Source of the DNA: Octopus sinensis
Lineage: Eukaryota
Reading direction: 5' to 3'
Length of the DNA: 64,000 nucleotides
Assembly (NCBI RefSeq): GCF_006345805.1
Contig: NC_043002.1
Coordinates: 39,494,001 to 39,558,000 of the forward strand
Each line of letters starts with the position of its first letter. The stretch's first letter is position 1. Below, one piece after another: positions 39,915-52,082 of this stretch. Both the position numbers and the translations under genes were made by a program. Under the pieces are notes generated by a model. The model had not been told where the DNA came from. It was given only the letters and a program-made list of their open reading frames with translations, and searched no databases.

Positions 39915-40522
39915 TAATAATAATCATCATCATCATCATTATTATCATTATTATCATCATCATCATTATTGTTATTATTATTATTATATTATTTTCCTTA
40001 TCATCTTCTTTCAATTCTGTTTCCATTTCTTGCCAAGTGTCTTCCTGACACCTAGGGCAGAGGAACGCATTGTATACATTGGTAAGCCATTAAAATAAAC
40101 ATGCAAAATTGTCCATTTAAAAAAACCATGTGATAGAGAAAAAGGGAATTGTAGATATTAAGGTTTTAAAATTTACTGGAGATGATCTTTTGTCTGTCCG
40201 AACAGAGTATTTTTGGAATAAAGATGTTTACATTTCTTTATTCAGGGAGAAAGGAAAGGATAGGTATTTACAGATGTTGTAGATATTAAAGGTTTAAAGT
40301 TGATCATTTATGTGTTCGAAAACTGTAGGTATATAAATTTCTTAACTTATTATGAGGGAAATTCAAAATACTCACAGAAAACTGTAGCTATTCCAGTCTT
40401 TGGGAGTTATTTTTCAGTTGTCCTGCTGGGTTGTATTAATGTTTCTGTGTTTTCAGCTGCTGACTGGTCAGACCAGCAAAGAACACATCCAGCAGCAGTA
40501 GCATTATATTCCTTCAGGGAAT

Positions 40523-40560
<38 letters not shown>
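39310..40560. repeat. ~660-bp tandem duplication
   Basis: 39330-39865 is nearly identical to 39990-40520; differences are mostly homopolymer indels. Confidence 0.9.
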
Positions 40561-40571
<11 letters not shown>

Positions 40572-40619
40572 TAATCATCATCATCATCATTATTATCATT
40601 ATTGTCATCATCATCATTA

Positions 40620-40666
<47 letters not shown>

Positions 40667-41102
40667 GAGGTGGTCTGCTGCAGGATTGTTAGCACACCAG
40701 GTAAAAAGTTTAGCAGCATTTCTTCCATCTTCATGTTCTGACTTCAAATACTGTCAAGGTCAATTTTGCCTTTCATCTTTATGGGGTTGATGAAAGAAAT
40801 ACTGGTTGAACACTGGGGTCGATTTCATTGACTTGTCTCCAACCCAAAACTTGCGTGCCATGTACCAAAATGTGAATCATTATTATTGTTGTTAAGGTGG
40901 TGAGCTAGCAGATTCATTAGCATACTGGGCAAAATGCTTAGCTGTATTTCATGTCTTTATATTCTGAGTTCAAATTCTGCAAAGGTTGATTTTGCATTTC
41001 ACTCTTTTGGGGTCAATAAAATAAGTATCAGTTGAGCACTGGAGTCGATGTAATCATCTTGCCCCCTATCCCAAAATTGCTGGCCTTGTGCCAAAAATTG
41101 GA

Positions 41103-41130
<28 letters not shown>

Positions 41131-41135
<5 letters not shown>

Positions 41136-41346
41136 TAGTTTTATTTTTATAGCGTGCTTTCACTTCACTACCGAGCGCAGCTCTGTGTGCCTTGGGTATG
41201 TGCTGTGATTTGTTGTGATGCTCTGATGGTTATTGTATGGAAAGTGTTCTGCGTAGGATGTGTGCAGTGCCTAGTAGTGCAATTTTCTGTATGTTATATG
41301 TGTTTGTAAGTCCTGGTGTTTTTGTTATGTATTTGTCTGAATATTT
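41131..41346 (-). mobile_element. Dong/R4-clade non-LTR retrotransposon 3' end
   Basis: Minus strand encodes ...NIQKIALLGTAHILRRTLSIQ*; embedded in (TAA)n on both sides. Confidence 0.8.
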
Positions 41347-41440
41347 TTTATTATTATTATTATTATTATCATTATTATTATTATTATTATTTATTTTTTA
41401 TTATTATTTATTATTATTATTATTATTATCATTATTATTA

Positions 41441-41474
<34 letters not shown>

Positions 41475-43425
41475 ATTATTATTATTTAAGGTGGTGAGCT
41501 GGCAGCATTGTTTGCATGCAGGGCAAAATGCTTAGTAGAATTTCATCCATTTTCATGTTCTGAGATCAAATTCTACTGGGGTCGAATTTGCTTTTCCTCC
41601 CTTCAGGGTTAATGAAATAATTATCAGTTGAGCACTGGGATTTATGTAATCAACTTGCTCCCACTCCTGAACTTGCTGGTCTTGTGCCAAAATATGAGAT
41701 CAATATAAAGGCAGCAAGCTGGCAGAATTGTTAGCATGCCAGGCAAAATGCTTCGCAGCATTTTGTCCATCTTTACGTTCTGAGTTCAAATTCCTCTGAG
41801 GTCGACTTTGCCTTCCATCCTTTCAGGGACAATAAAATAGGTACCAGTCAAGTACTGGGGTCAATGTAATTGACAAGCCTACCCTCGCCCTGCTAGATTT
41901 CAGGCTCTGTGCCTATAGTAGAAGGGATTATTATTATTGTTGTTGTTATTATTATTATTATTATTATTAAGGTGGTGAGCTGGCAAAATTATTAGCACAC
42001 TGGGCAAAATGCTTAGCGGCATTTCATCTGTCCTTACATTCTGAGTTCAGATTCCACAGAGGTCAACTTTTTCATCCTTTCAGGGTCGATGAAATAAGTA
42101 GCAGTTACTTACTGTAGTTGATGTACTCGACTAACCCTGCCTCCCCAAAATTTGAGGCCTTGTGCCTATAGTAGAAAGGATTATTATTACTATTATTATT
42201 ATTATGTTGTTGTTGTTGTTGTGTAACAATCTTGTGTACAAATTCAATGCGGTCAACCTTAAGCTAGAGTAAGACATGCACGCCAAAGTGCCACACAGTA
42301 GGAGCCATAAGGTTGAAAAGTTCTTAACAACACAGCCATTCCTGCATGTCGGTATTATTTAAGTAAATTTTTTTGTCTCATTTTTTTCTATTGAAGTGCA
42401 TTGTTATTGTTGTTGTTGTTTAATCCCAGGTCAGTTTTCATCAAGTAAACATGTAAACAAATATCAGCAAAGATCTGACCATTTTTCCAGACTGAGCTGT
42501 GTTTTTTTTTTTGTTTTTTTTTTGTAAGTCAGTAGAGCATAATGTGATAGAAACTTGGCTGCTATTTCTTGTAAATCAATCAACCAGGTAGAATTACCCT
42601 TTGTTCATTGACAATGTTCTTTTTGTCCGGATCAGGCCTGTCATCAGAGGCATTCCAGGGATGACTAACCAATTGTTCTACAGATATATTGTATCTGGGA
42701 TTACATTATCTTTTATTCTGCATTTAGGTGTACATTATCCTTAATTTTTTGTTTGTTTTCTTCTTTGTTTTGTTTTTGGTTTTAAGATTGTGAGGAATGA
42801 TTTTAGGAAAACTTGGCTGCTACTTCTAGCAGGTCTTGTTGAGCCAATGAGAAAGCCTCTATGCATATGCTTCATTTGCTGAGAATAGCTCCAACATTTC
42901 CCTTCGTTCATACCCAGCTTCTCAGAAGAGAAATTCACATTAAATAATGTATTCTTAGATGCTCACAAAAATGACAGGGTGGTCATAAATGGAAAGCTTT
43001 TGATCATAGGTTTGTTTGTTCTCAGTTGACCTGAAACTAAACAAAATCAATAATTTGGTCTCATGCCAAGACAAAGAAATCATTATTCTCAATTATTCTG
43101 ATGAAGACAACAGTTGGATATTGACATAGTAGGCTTTATGATATTTAACAAATAGAAACAAGAGTCTGAGGAAACTCGTGTTAATCTGCATTGACAAAAA
43201 TCATCGCATATATAAATTAATAAATTTATATGAAATAGAAAAATGAAGGGCTTGGCAAGACTGCTGAAAATGTCAGTTATTGAGTCTCTGATGGTATATA
43301 AACTTAACCAAATTTGTAAATATAACTTTATGATATTTAGTTTGGTATCAAAATAGCTACAGCCCTTAAAGAGTGTCAACCATTTTGCCTCAAGAGAGCC
43401 CAGCCTGCTGAATTTGTCATTGCAG

Positions 43426-43467
43426 CCTTTCAGCTTTTATGAACAAATTGGAGAGAAAAAGAATGAA
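43426..43467 (+). CDS. candidate 42-nt internal exon (PFSFYEQIGEKKNE) of an unidentified gene
   Basis: tttgtcattgcag acceptor, GAA|gtacgg donor, open phase-0 frame, non-repetitive context. Confidence 0.35.
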
Positions 43468-43974
43468 GTACGGTTTGCCTACCACATATTACATTCAATA
43501 TGATTGTATGGTGGTATATGCAACATAGTTCCAGCTCAGGCTGAAGCTTAGCACATCTGTGATGTCCAATTTATTGAAAACTCCACAAAAATTATTGGAT
43601 AGTACCTGCTTGGCACCTTGGGCAAGTACCATCTACTATAGCCTTGGGCCAACCAAAGCCTTGTGAGTGGATTTGGTAGACAGAAACTCAAAGAAGCCCA
43701 TCGTGTATATGTATATATATGTGTGTGTGTTTGTGCATCTGTGTTTGCCCCCCCCCCCCATCGCTTGACAACTGATGCTGTTGTGTTTACATCCCTGTTA
43801 CTTATCAGTTCAGCAAAAGAGACCGATAGAATAGGTACTAGGCTTACAAAGGATATGTCCTGGGGTCAATTTTCTTGACTAAAGGTGGTGCTCCAGCATG
43901 GCCACAATCAAATGACTGAAACAAGTAAAAGAGTTAAAGAGAATACCATCTACTTTTGAGAAGTTGTTCTGAAA

Positions 43975-44193
43975 CAATATTGATTTCAAATTTTGGCACA
44001 AGGCCAGCAATTTCGTGTGAAGTGGTTAAGTCAATTATATTGACCCAGCACTTGACTGGTACTTATTTTATTGACCCTGAAAGGTAGAAAAGGAAAGTCA
44101 ACCTCGGAGGAATTTGAACTCAGAATGTGAAGGCAGAGGAAATACTGCTTAACATTTTGCTTGGCATGCTAACAATTCTGCCAGCTTGCCACC

Positions 44194-44235
<42 letters not shown>

Positions 44236-44480
44236 TAATAATAATAATAATAATAATAATGAGGAGGATTTCAAATTTTGGCACAAGGCCAGCAATTTCG
44301 GGTGAAGGGGTGTAAGTCAATTATATTGACCCCAGTACTTAGCTGTTATTTATTTTATTGACCCCGAAAAGATGAGAGGCAAAGTCGATCTCAGAGGAAT
44401 TTGAATCCAGCATGTAAAGACAGACGAAATGCTGCTAAACATTTTGCTTGTTATGCTAATGATTCTGTCAGCTTGCTGCC
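43975..44480 (-). mobile_element. two tandem S2 SINEs
   Basis: 43975-44190 and 44265-44480, separated by (AAT)n. Confidence 0.85.
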
Positions 44481-44944
44481 TTGTTCTGAAACAATATTGA
44501 TTGCTTAACATCTAAGCTCCCTGACATTTTATACATTTCTGCAGAACTAGTCTGAAATCCAAGCAGAAATTTTCAGCTTTAATTTATCAGATTTAGGTTT
44601 ACCTTAATAAATACTGAGTATGCTAACAGTCCAAGCATGATATGCAACATAGATTATTGAGAGAGCTTTACTCTTTCTCCCTTTTTCTCTTTTCTTGTTC
44701 TTTCCTGTCTTGTAAGTTATTTAACAACCTTGCTTGTGCTGGTGACATGAAAAACACACCCAGTACACCTTGTAAAGTGGTTGGTGTTAGAAAGGGAATC
44801 CAACCACTAAAACCATGCAAAAACTAACATGGAGCACAATGCAACTCTGTAGCTCACCAGATCCTGTCAAACTGTTCAACCCATGCCAACATGGAAAACA
44901 GATGCTAGATGATGATGGTGATGAAAAGTATGCTATTCTGTATT

Positions 44945-45275
44945 ATATAGTTAGTTAAGTTAAGTTAAGTTAATTTTTTTGGCTCAAAAAGCAAAAAGCA
45001 GGCCATGTAGGGGGACATGGAGTTATGTACAGGGTGGTGTTCATGCAAAAAGTTCAGGCCGTTTCTGGTCAAGAGTGATTTTGAACCGAGTGGTCGTCGG
45101 CATCTTCACTATCTCGTCCGGCAGCTTATTCCACGGATCCGCAACCCGGACAGAGAAAGCCCCTCTCCTTCGATTGAGATGAAATCATCGCAGATAGAGC
45201 TTTTTGGAGTGACCCTGCATCCAACGCTCTGGAGCAGGAGTGAAGAACAGCTCTTTCGAGAGGTTACACTTTCCA
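44945..45275 (-). mobile_element. second CR1-clade family 3' end with (AACTT)n tail
   Basis: Minus strand: QGHSKKL...RRGAFSVRVADPWNKLPDEIV. Confidence 0.8.
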
Positions 45276-46031
45276 CTTATGATGTTATTACAGAATAACA
45301 TAGGACTTTCTTTTTCTTGATAAGTATTAAATTAAGGCTTGCTCTGTCTAGAATGACCTATAAGAGATGAAGGTAGTAACTATACAGTACATGCCACTAA
45401 GCATTTTGCCTGGTATTCTAACAATTCTGCCAGCTTGCCACTTTATTAACAACAGTCATTATTAAACACCAGTTTATAATGAATAGTTATTTGAGTAAAT
45501 TTTTCATCATTTTTAAAATCAACTGGAACAAAGTTGGCATATTTCAACAGAAAATATGGTTAACATCTCCACTTCCCCTATTTCACTCACTTTGGTCCCT
45601 GAGTGTCTTTAGTAGAGTTCACTCATATGGAAGCATTTGGATCTGACTACTGGTTCCTTTTACACTAAAATATATTTTTAACAAAATTGTTTTTACATCA
45701 AACTTGCCACTCTAAGGAAGGTCAGAAAAGGTCACAGACAATGTTTCTCCTCTTTGGACTAACTTATAGAAACAAAAATAGTTGAGATCCATCATTAATG
45801 CTATTACTGATTAAAGCTATTCAAGCGTTATTCAAGCCAAACTGATTGAAGCTATTCAACATCAGAAATAACGTCATTAAAAAACACAGCTATTTACCAA
45901 ATTAATAAACCTATATTTTATAATTAAATTCAACTTCCATACTGAAACTGTAAGTCATATCCATTCTTTGAAAAGCTTACAATGGAATATATAAGTCAGT
46001 TGGACTACTTTCTGGTTTCCAGAATTTGAAC

Positions 46032-46442
46032 TCTCTCTCTTTTACTTGTTTCAGTCATTTGACTGTGGCCATGCTGGAGCACCGCCTTTAGTCGAGCAAA
46101 TCGACCCCAGGACTTATTCTTTGTAAGCCCAGTACTTATTCTATCGGTCTCCTTTGCCGAACCGCTAAGTGACGGGGACATAAACACACCAGCATTGGTT
46201 GTCAAGCAATGCTAGAGGGACAAACACACACACACACACAAACATACACACACACATACATATATATATATATATGCACATATACGACAGGCTTCTTTCA
46301 GTTTCCGTCTACCAAATCCACTCACAAGGCATTGGTCGGCCCGGGGCTATAGCAGAAGACACTTGCCCAAGATGCCACGCAGTGGGACTGAACCCAGAAC
46401 CATGTGGTTGGTTAGCAAGCTACTTACCACACAGCCACTTCT
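46032..46442 (-). mobile_element. SINE S1, full length
   Basis: Family homology. Confidence 0.9.
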
Positions 46443-48451
46443 GCCTTTCCAATAAAAAGTCAAACAATTTGAAATGTTTATATTTTAATTCTTGCTTACT
46501 AGCAGCTAGTTGATTTTATTTAACTCCAGGTCAGTTCTGAATCAAACATGAGATCAAAGGCATTCCAGCCATACTATGCCATCTTTATTTTTTTTTTCTG
46601 AAATATACTACACCTAGGACTACATTACCCAATGTGACCTTCCATTTTTTAACTTGATAGCATGTGAATTTAGAGAGATTTGGTTGTTGCTTCTTGCAGA
46701 TTGAGTAACTGAAAAATTGCTCATGAAGTGGTTGTTGTCCTTTAGTCCCAAGTCAGCCTGGAGGAAACAAACTTAAGATCAAAAACATTTCAGCCTTCAC
46801 CTTCCTGTCTTTGGTATTGTCACCATCACCACCACCGCTGCCGCCGTCACGCCTTCCACTATCACGCCTGCCACTGTCACGCCTGCTACTGTCATGCCTG
46901 CCACCGTCATGCCTGCCACCATATGGGTTTTATGGTTGGATGCCCTTTTTAATGTCAACCACTTCTTTACAGAGTGAACTGGGTGCTTTTTACATAGTAT
47001 CAGTGCTGACGAGGTCTGCTTTGGCATGGTTTTTACAGCTAGATGCCCTTCCAAATGCCAACTACTTTAATGAGTAACTGGATGCTTTTTATGTTGCACC
47101 AACACCAGCAAGATCACCAAGTAACTTGCAAGACAAAGATCCTTTGAGAGGTCAGGTGGCATTGAAAGGATGTGGCTTTGGGCCAGGGGCTGAGAGGTTA
47201 GAGTATGACAAAGGGACAGAAACAGGTGCTTTGTTATAGACAAGATACATGGTTACATTGCTTACTAAAGTATCATTCCTGTTTTAAGACAAAAGAGGGT
47301 GTGATTTAAAGAAATTTAGATGCTTTTTCTAGCAGATCAAGCAGTCAGCTATAAGATCCCTAAACTTGACCCTGTTCAAGATTTGGCGGGGATGAATGAT
47401 TAATGCAAGGAGTTAAATTATTTAAAGTTGCTGTTGTTTTACCTTGGCCAAACCAACCTCTATTCAAAGGAATCCCAACCACGAAGTCTTCCATCTTTTA
47501 CAGCTATATAGGACTACACGAAGGTATGTGGGTAAGTGATAAGGGTATTTGTCTCATGACTGTAAGGTCGTGAGTTCAATTCCCAATGATGTATTGTGTC
47601 CTTGAGCAAGACACTTTATTTCCCAATGCTCCAGTTCACTCAGCTGACAAAAATGAGTGGCACCTGTAATTCAAAAGGTCAGCCTTATTACATTCTGTGT
47701 CACACTAAATCTCCCTGAGATCTCCTAACTATGATAGGGGTACATGAGTCTGTGGATTATTCAGCCACTTACATTTTAATTTCATGAGTGGGCTGTTCCA
47801 TTGATCAGATCAAGTGGAACCCTTGTCATCATAACCAACGAAGAGCCAGGCCATAGGACTACACAAACTAAAGTACTTAGCACTTATATAAAACAGAACA
47901 GTATAATACGAGGGAGAGCTGGTTGGTATTTCTAGCAGAGTGAGTGATCACACATATAGGCTCCCTAACTTGGTGGCTCTTTGAAGTAATTTATGTCATT
48001 GACATTAAGTATATAGATAAAATGGCATAGGTACTGCTAGTCTGGAATGTAGGAACAAATTTATTAGACTTCCACATATGTAATTTAATATTTAGTATAT
48101 TGTTCTTTCTTCCTACACTACATTGAATATAACTTGGAAATTATTAATCCCAAAAGTCACAATTACGTATACATATATATGTAAGTGTGTGTGTGTGTGT
48201 CTGTCTGTTTGTCTGTCTGTCTGTGTGTTATGTATGTCTATATATGTTTGCATACACACTCATATATCATCATCATGATCATCATCATCATCATCAAACA
48301 TTTATGTCTCATGCTGGCATGGTATATTTCTGTATATCTATCTTTATCTCTCTCTTTTTTCTCTTTCTCTCTATCTATTTGTCTATCTATCTCTATCTAT
48401 GTGTTTGTCTGTCTGTCATCCATCCATCTATTTAATATATTCTTCCATTCT

Positions 48452-48845
48452 TTTATTGTTTCAGTTATTTGACTGCAGCCATATTGGAGCACTGCCTTAA
48501 AGGGTTTTTAGTCAAAGAAATTGACCCCAGGAGGAGTTATTCTTTGTAAGCCAAGTACTTATTCTATTGGTCTCTTTTGCTGAACTACTAAGTTACGCTA
48601 ACATAAAAACACCAGCACTGGTTGTTAAATGATGATGGGAGGACAAACACACACACACACACATAAATATATACATATATAGATAGACACGTCAGGCTTC
48701 CTTCAGTTTCCATCTACCAAATCCATTCACAAGGCTTTAGTTGGCCTTAGGCTATAGTAGAAGACACTTGCCCAAAGTACCACTTAGTGGGACTGAACCC
48801 GGAACCATGTGGTTGGGAAGCAAGCTTCTTACCACACAGCCACAT
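48452..48845 (-). mobile_element. SINE S1, full length
   Basis: Family homology. Confidence 0.85.
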
Positions 48846-49093
48846 CTGTATCATGCTCATTTTAATGTCTATTTTACCATGCTTGCATGGGTCAGATGCA
48901 GTGTCTTGAAGCACATTTTCGACAGCCAGATGCCTTTCGTATAGCCAACCATCACCTGTTTCCAAGCAAGGTAACATTTCCCCATGGCCAGACATGTTAT
49001 TTTTATTATTATTATTCAGGTCACTGCCTGGAATTGAACTCGAAATCTTGGGGTTAGTAGCCTGCACTCTTAACCACTATGCCATATGCCCAT

Positions 49094-49367
49094 GGGCATA
49101 GTGGTTAAGAGCGCGAGCTACTAACCCCAAGTTTCTGAGTTCGATTAATAATAATATAATAATAATAATAATAATAATAACAATAACAACAACATCAAAA
49201 AATACCTTAGGAATGACAACTCAGGTTCAAAATTTCCCCAAGACACCTGATGAATGCTGGAGGGTATATCAGCTGAAACGTTGTGTTAACAGCAAACCAG
49301 ATGAGGGCAAATATCCATCAAATGTAAATAGTGTACATAATTCCTCATCTCTTAAATATAGAAGTGT
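49094..49367 (+). mobile_element. tRNA-headed SINE-like element carrying a hammerhead ribozyme motif
   Basis: Head ggcatagtggttaagagcgcgagctactaacccc...gagttcgatt, (AAT)n spacer, hammerhead at 49242-49287, tail ending at (TA)n. Confidence 0.72.
49242..49287 (+). ncRNA. minimal type I hammerhead ribozyme motif (slightly degenerate)
   Basis: Stem I GACAC/GUGUU; CUGAUGA 49247-49253; stem II GCUG/CAGC; GAAA 49275-49278; palindromic AACGUU stem III. Confidence 0.7.
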
Positions 49368-49994
49368 ACATATATATATATATATTATATATATATATAT
49401 ATATTACTTTGCACCATTGTTGTCCCTTTCTTTCTCTCTCTCTTTGATTCCTTGCCCCCAACCTTTTTTTCTCTCTCTTCTTCCCTCCTGTCACGTGACT
49501 GCTGTTCAACTGGTCTTTTCGCCTTTGACCGCTGCCATGTTAACACTGTTGTCTCCGTCTGCCGCAAAGGCATTTTTTCAAAATACGCCAGCCAAGATAA
49601 GTTAAATTATCTGAAGTCGTAAGACTCCCGCTGTCCTGTTATTACTATTCTTGTTTTTTATTTTTATTTTTTGTTTCTTGTATTTATATTCGTGTGGCAT
49701 CGTCCAGTTTTCTGTCTTTGTTTCGTATACATTCGATCCTTTTTCCAAGAAATCTAATGCTCGGAGCTTAGTTTTTCCTTGGGGTTGGCCGGATCGGAGC
49801 GATATCAAGATTAATCAGCCGAAATTGCTAAGATGATCCGGTTCCTGACTGAAGATTAGAGGCTTCGAATGACCTGTCTGTTTTTTTGTGTCGTCTCTTT
49901 GTGTAGTTTGCGTTCTTGTTCCCTTTTGTACATTTTATATATAAGTTTTATACATATATATATATATACATACATATATATATATACACCCCTA

Positions 49995-50547
49995 TGCTAG
50001 GGGTGTAACCAGTCCACTTGTGCGTGCCTTTTCTTCATTGGACACTAAACTCTGCTTGGGAAGACCAGTTGAGGCAAGTGAAATCGAAGTCGAAATCAAA
50101 TTCGGTGACTGGCATCCGTTGCTAGTGGAGCGCTAAGAGTACCATACGAGTGAGATCGTTGCCAGAGCAACAAGCTGGCCTTCGTGCCGATGGCACGTTA
50201 AGCACACCATTCAAGTGTGATCGTTACCGTGTCACCTTACTAGCACTTGTGCCGGTGGCATGTGAAATATTCAAGTGAGGTCGTCGCCAGTGCTGCTGGA
50301 CTGGCTCCTGTGCAGGTGGCACGTAAAAAGCACCATTTGGGCGTGGCCGTTGCCAGTACCACCAAACTAGCCCTCATACCGGTGACATGTAAAAGCACCC
50401 ACTACACTCTCAGAGTGGTTGGCGTTAGGAAGGGCATCCAGCTGTAGAAACTCTGCCAGATCAGATTGGAGTCTGGTTTGCCAGACCTCAGTCAAATCGT
50501 CCAACCCATGCTAGCATGGAAAGCGGACATTAAATGATGATGATGAT
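49995..50547 (+). mobile_element. RTE 3' UTR copy (family R, long form)
   Basis: Homologous to 27235-27807. Confidence 0.85.
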
Positions 50548-51667
50548 ATACTCGCTGAATAGCCCGTCATTGCCAGGCAATTTTTACAATAAAATGTCTT
50601 ATATAAATTTTTATTCATTCCATGTCAGAGCATGCCTTCCTCAACAGATAGGCCCGTTGATTAGGACAGATTTGTGCAATTTTTCGCCAAAATCTTTGTT
50701 GAGGAATTTTTATCTTTTCAAATTATTTACATGTCTGTTTGACTGTTTCACATGACTTTATTCATTAAAACTTCAGAAGTTCATACAACTTTGGTCATTG
50801 TAATGCTTTGCTTTTGTTTAATAAAAAACTCCTCCTCCTAATGATTGTGCTTTCATTTCGTGATAGACAGCTATCATGCAGAAAATGCCAGCTTCCAAAT
50901 TCTGTTTTCTGATTAGGTAAAATCGATTAAATTTTAAACCGCAGTAACATTTTTCTGCAATTTTTCTGGAACAAATAAATAACAAAATCAGATTTAATGT
51001 ATAGAATTATTTCAATATACCAAATTTGAAAATTTTGACGTAATTTTAGAATATCATAATATGTGACAGCAACAGGGAATACCCAACAAAAGAAGAGAGA
51101 GAGAAAGTTATAGGACATCACACACACATTTACAAATGTACACACAGGTAATCACGATTTTAAAATGGTGTATAGTAGACATATGTATGTATGTATGTAT
51201 GTACATATGTATATATATGTATGTATGTATGTATGTGTATGTGTCTGTGTGTGAGTGTTTCTTTGAGGTTGACAGCAGAAAAGCCATGTACCTTATCCCT
51301 ACTTAAAGCTATTTATTCCTCACAACCACCTTCTATGTGTGTGTTATATATGTATATGTATTTACAAAAGTATGTATACAGCGTCATATGTATATGATAG
51401 CTGAATTAACGTTATCATCCCATTCTTACTGCTGTTCTCACCTTCACTGATATAAGTCACCCACTCTCTGCTACTACCTTTCCCTTAGACTTGTACTTTT
51501 TGCAACCTTCTCATTTGCAACCTTCTCATTTTGTCATATAATTTTCCCATTTAGCCTATAATTGAACTGTAGCATGTATGCAAAGTTTCATTTGGTTGTT
51601 TAGTGGTTTAGGCACTATGATGGTAACAGACAGACAGAAAGAAATTGCCATTTATAATTTATATATA

Positions 51668-51668
<1 letters not shown>
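50548..51668 (+). mobile_element. non-autonomous Helitron/HINE-like element (Lep1/DINE-1-like ends)
   Basis: 5' atactcgctgaatagcccgtcattgcc; 3' (GACA)n followed by aattgccatttataatttatata; internal microsatellite. Confidence 0.5.
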
Positions 51669-51722
<54 letters not shown>

Positions 51723-51763
51723 ATGTAAGTGTGTGTCTTTTTGTCTGTGTTTGTCTGTCACCA

Positions 51764-52082
51764 TCGCTTGACAACTGGTGTTGGTGTGTTTATGTTCCCA
51801 TAACTTAGTGGTTCAAGAAAGGAGATTGATAGAATTAGTACCAGGCTTTAATAAAATATGTACAGAGTTCAATTTATCTGACTAAAAGTTCTTCAAGGTG
51901 GTGCCACCTAATGACTGGAGCAAGTAAAAGATAATATATATACATATATTATATATATTATCTTTTACTTAAATTGAACTCTGTACATATTTTTTTAAAG
52001 CCTGGTACTAATTCTATCAATCTCTTTTCTTGAACCATTAAGTTATAGGAACATAAACACCCCAACACCAGTTGTCAAGCGA
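51764..52082. repeat. inverted duplication of an S1 tail
   Basis: The arms share private variants (gtacagagttcaattt); the right arm lacks 46 nt. Confidence 0.85.

Larger units (their letters stand above)
38870..42185 (+). mobile_element. cluster of about seven same-orientation S2 SINEs separated by (ATT)n/(AAT)n tracts
   Basis: Copies start near 38870, 39090, 40665, 40895, 41490, 41710 and 41970. Confidence 0.85.

Noticed and set aside
43090-43180. CTGATGA with downstream GAAAC motifs
   Set aside because: Stems I and II cannot be formed adjacent to the core.
44544-44600. Strong tttctgcag acceptor
   Set aside because: All three frames hit stops before a usable donor.
49094-49146. tRNA gene call for this and other SINE heads
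   Set aside because: No complete cloverleaf or acceptor stem; these are tRNA-derived heads.
49835-49875. ctgactgaag...cttcgaatgacc hammerhead-like string
   Set aside because: Lacks GAAA-stem III-UH; kept only as a conserved hairpin.
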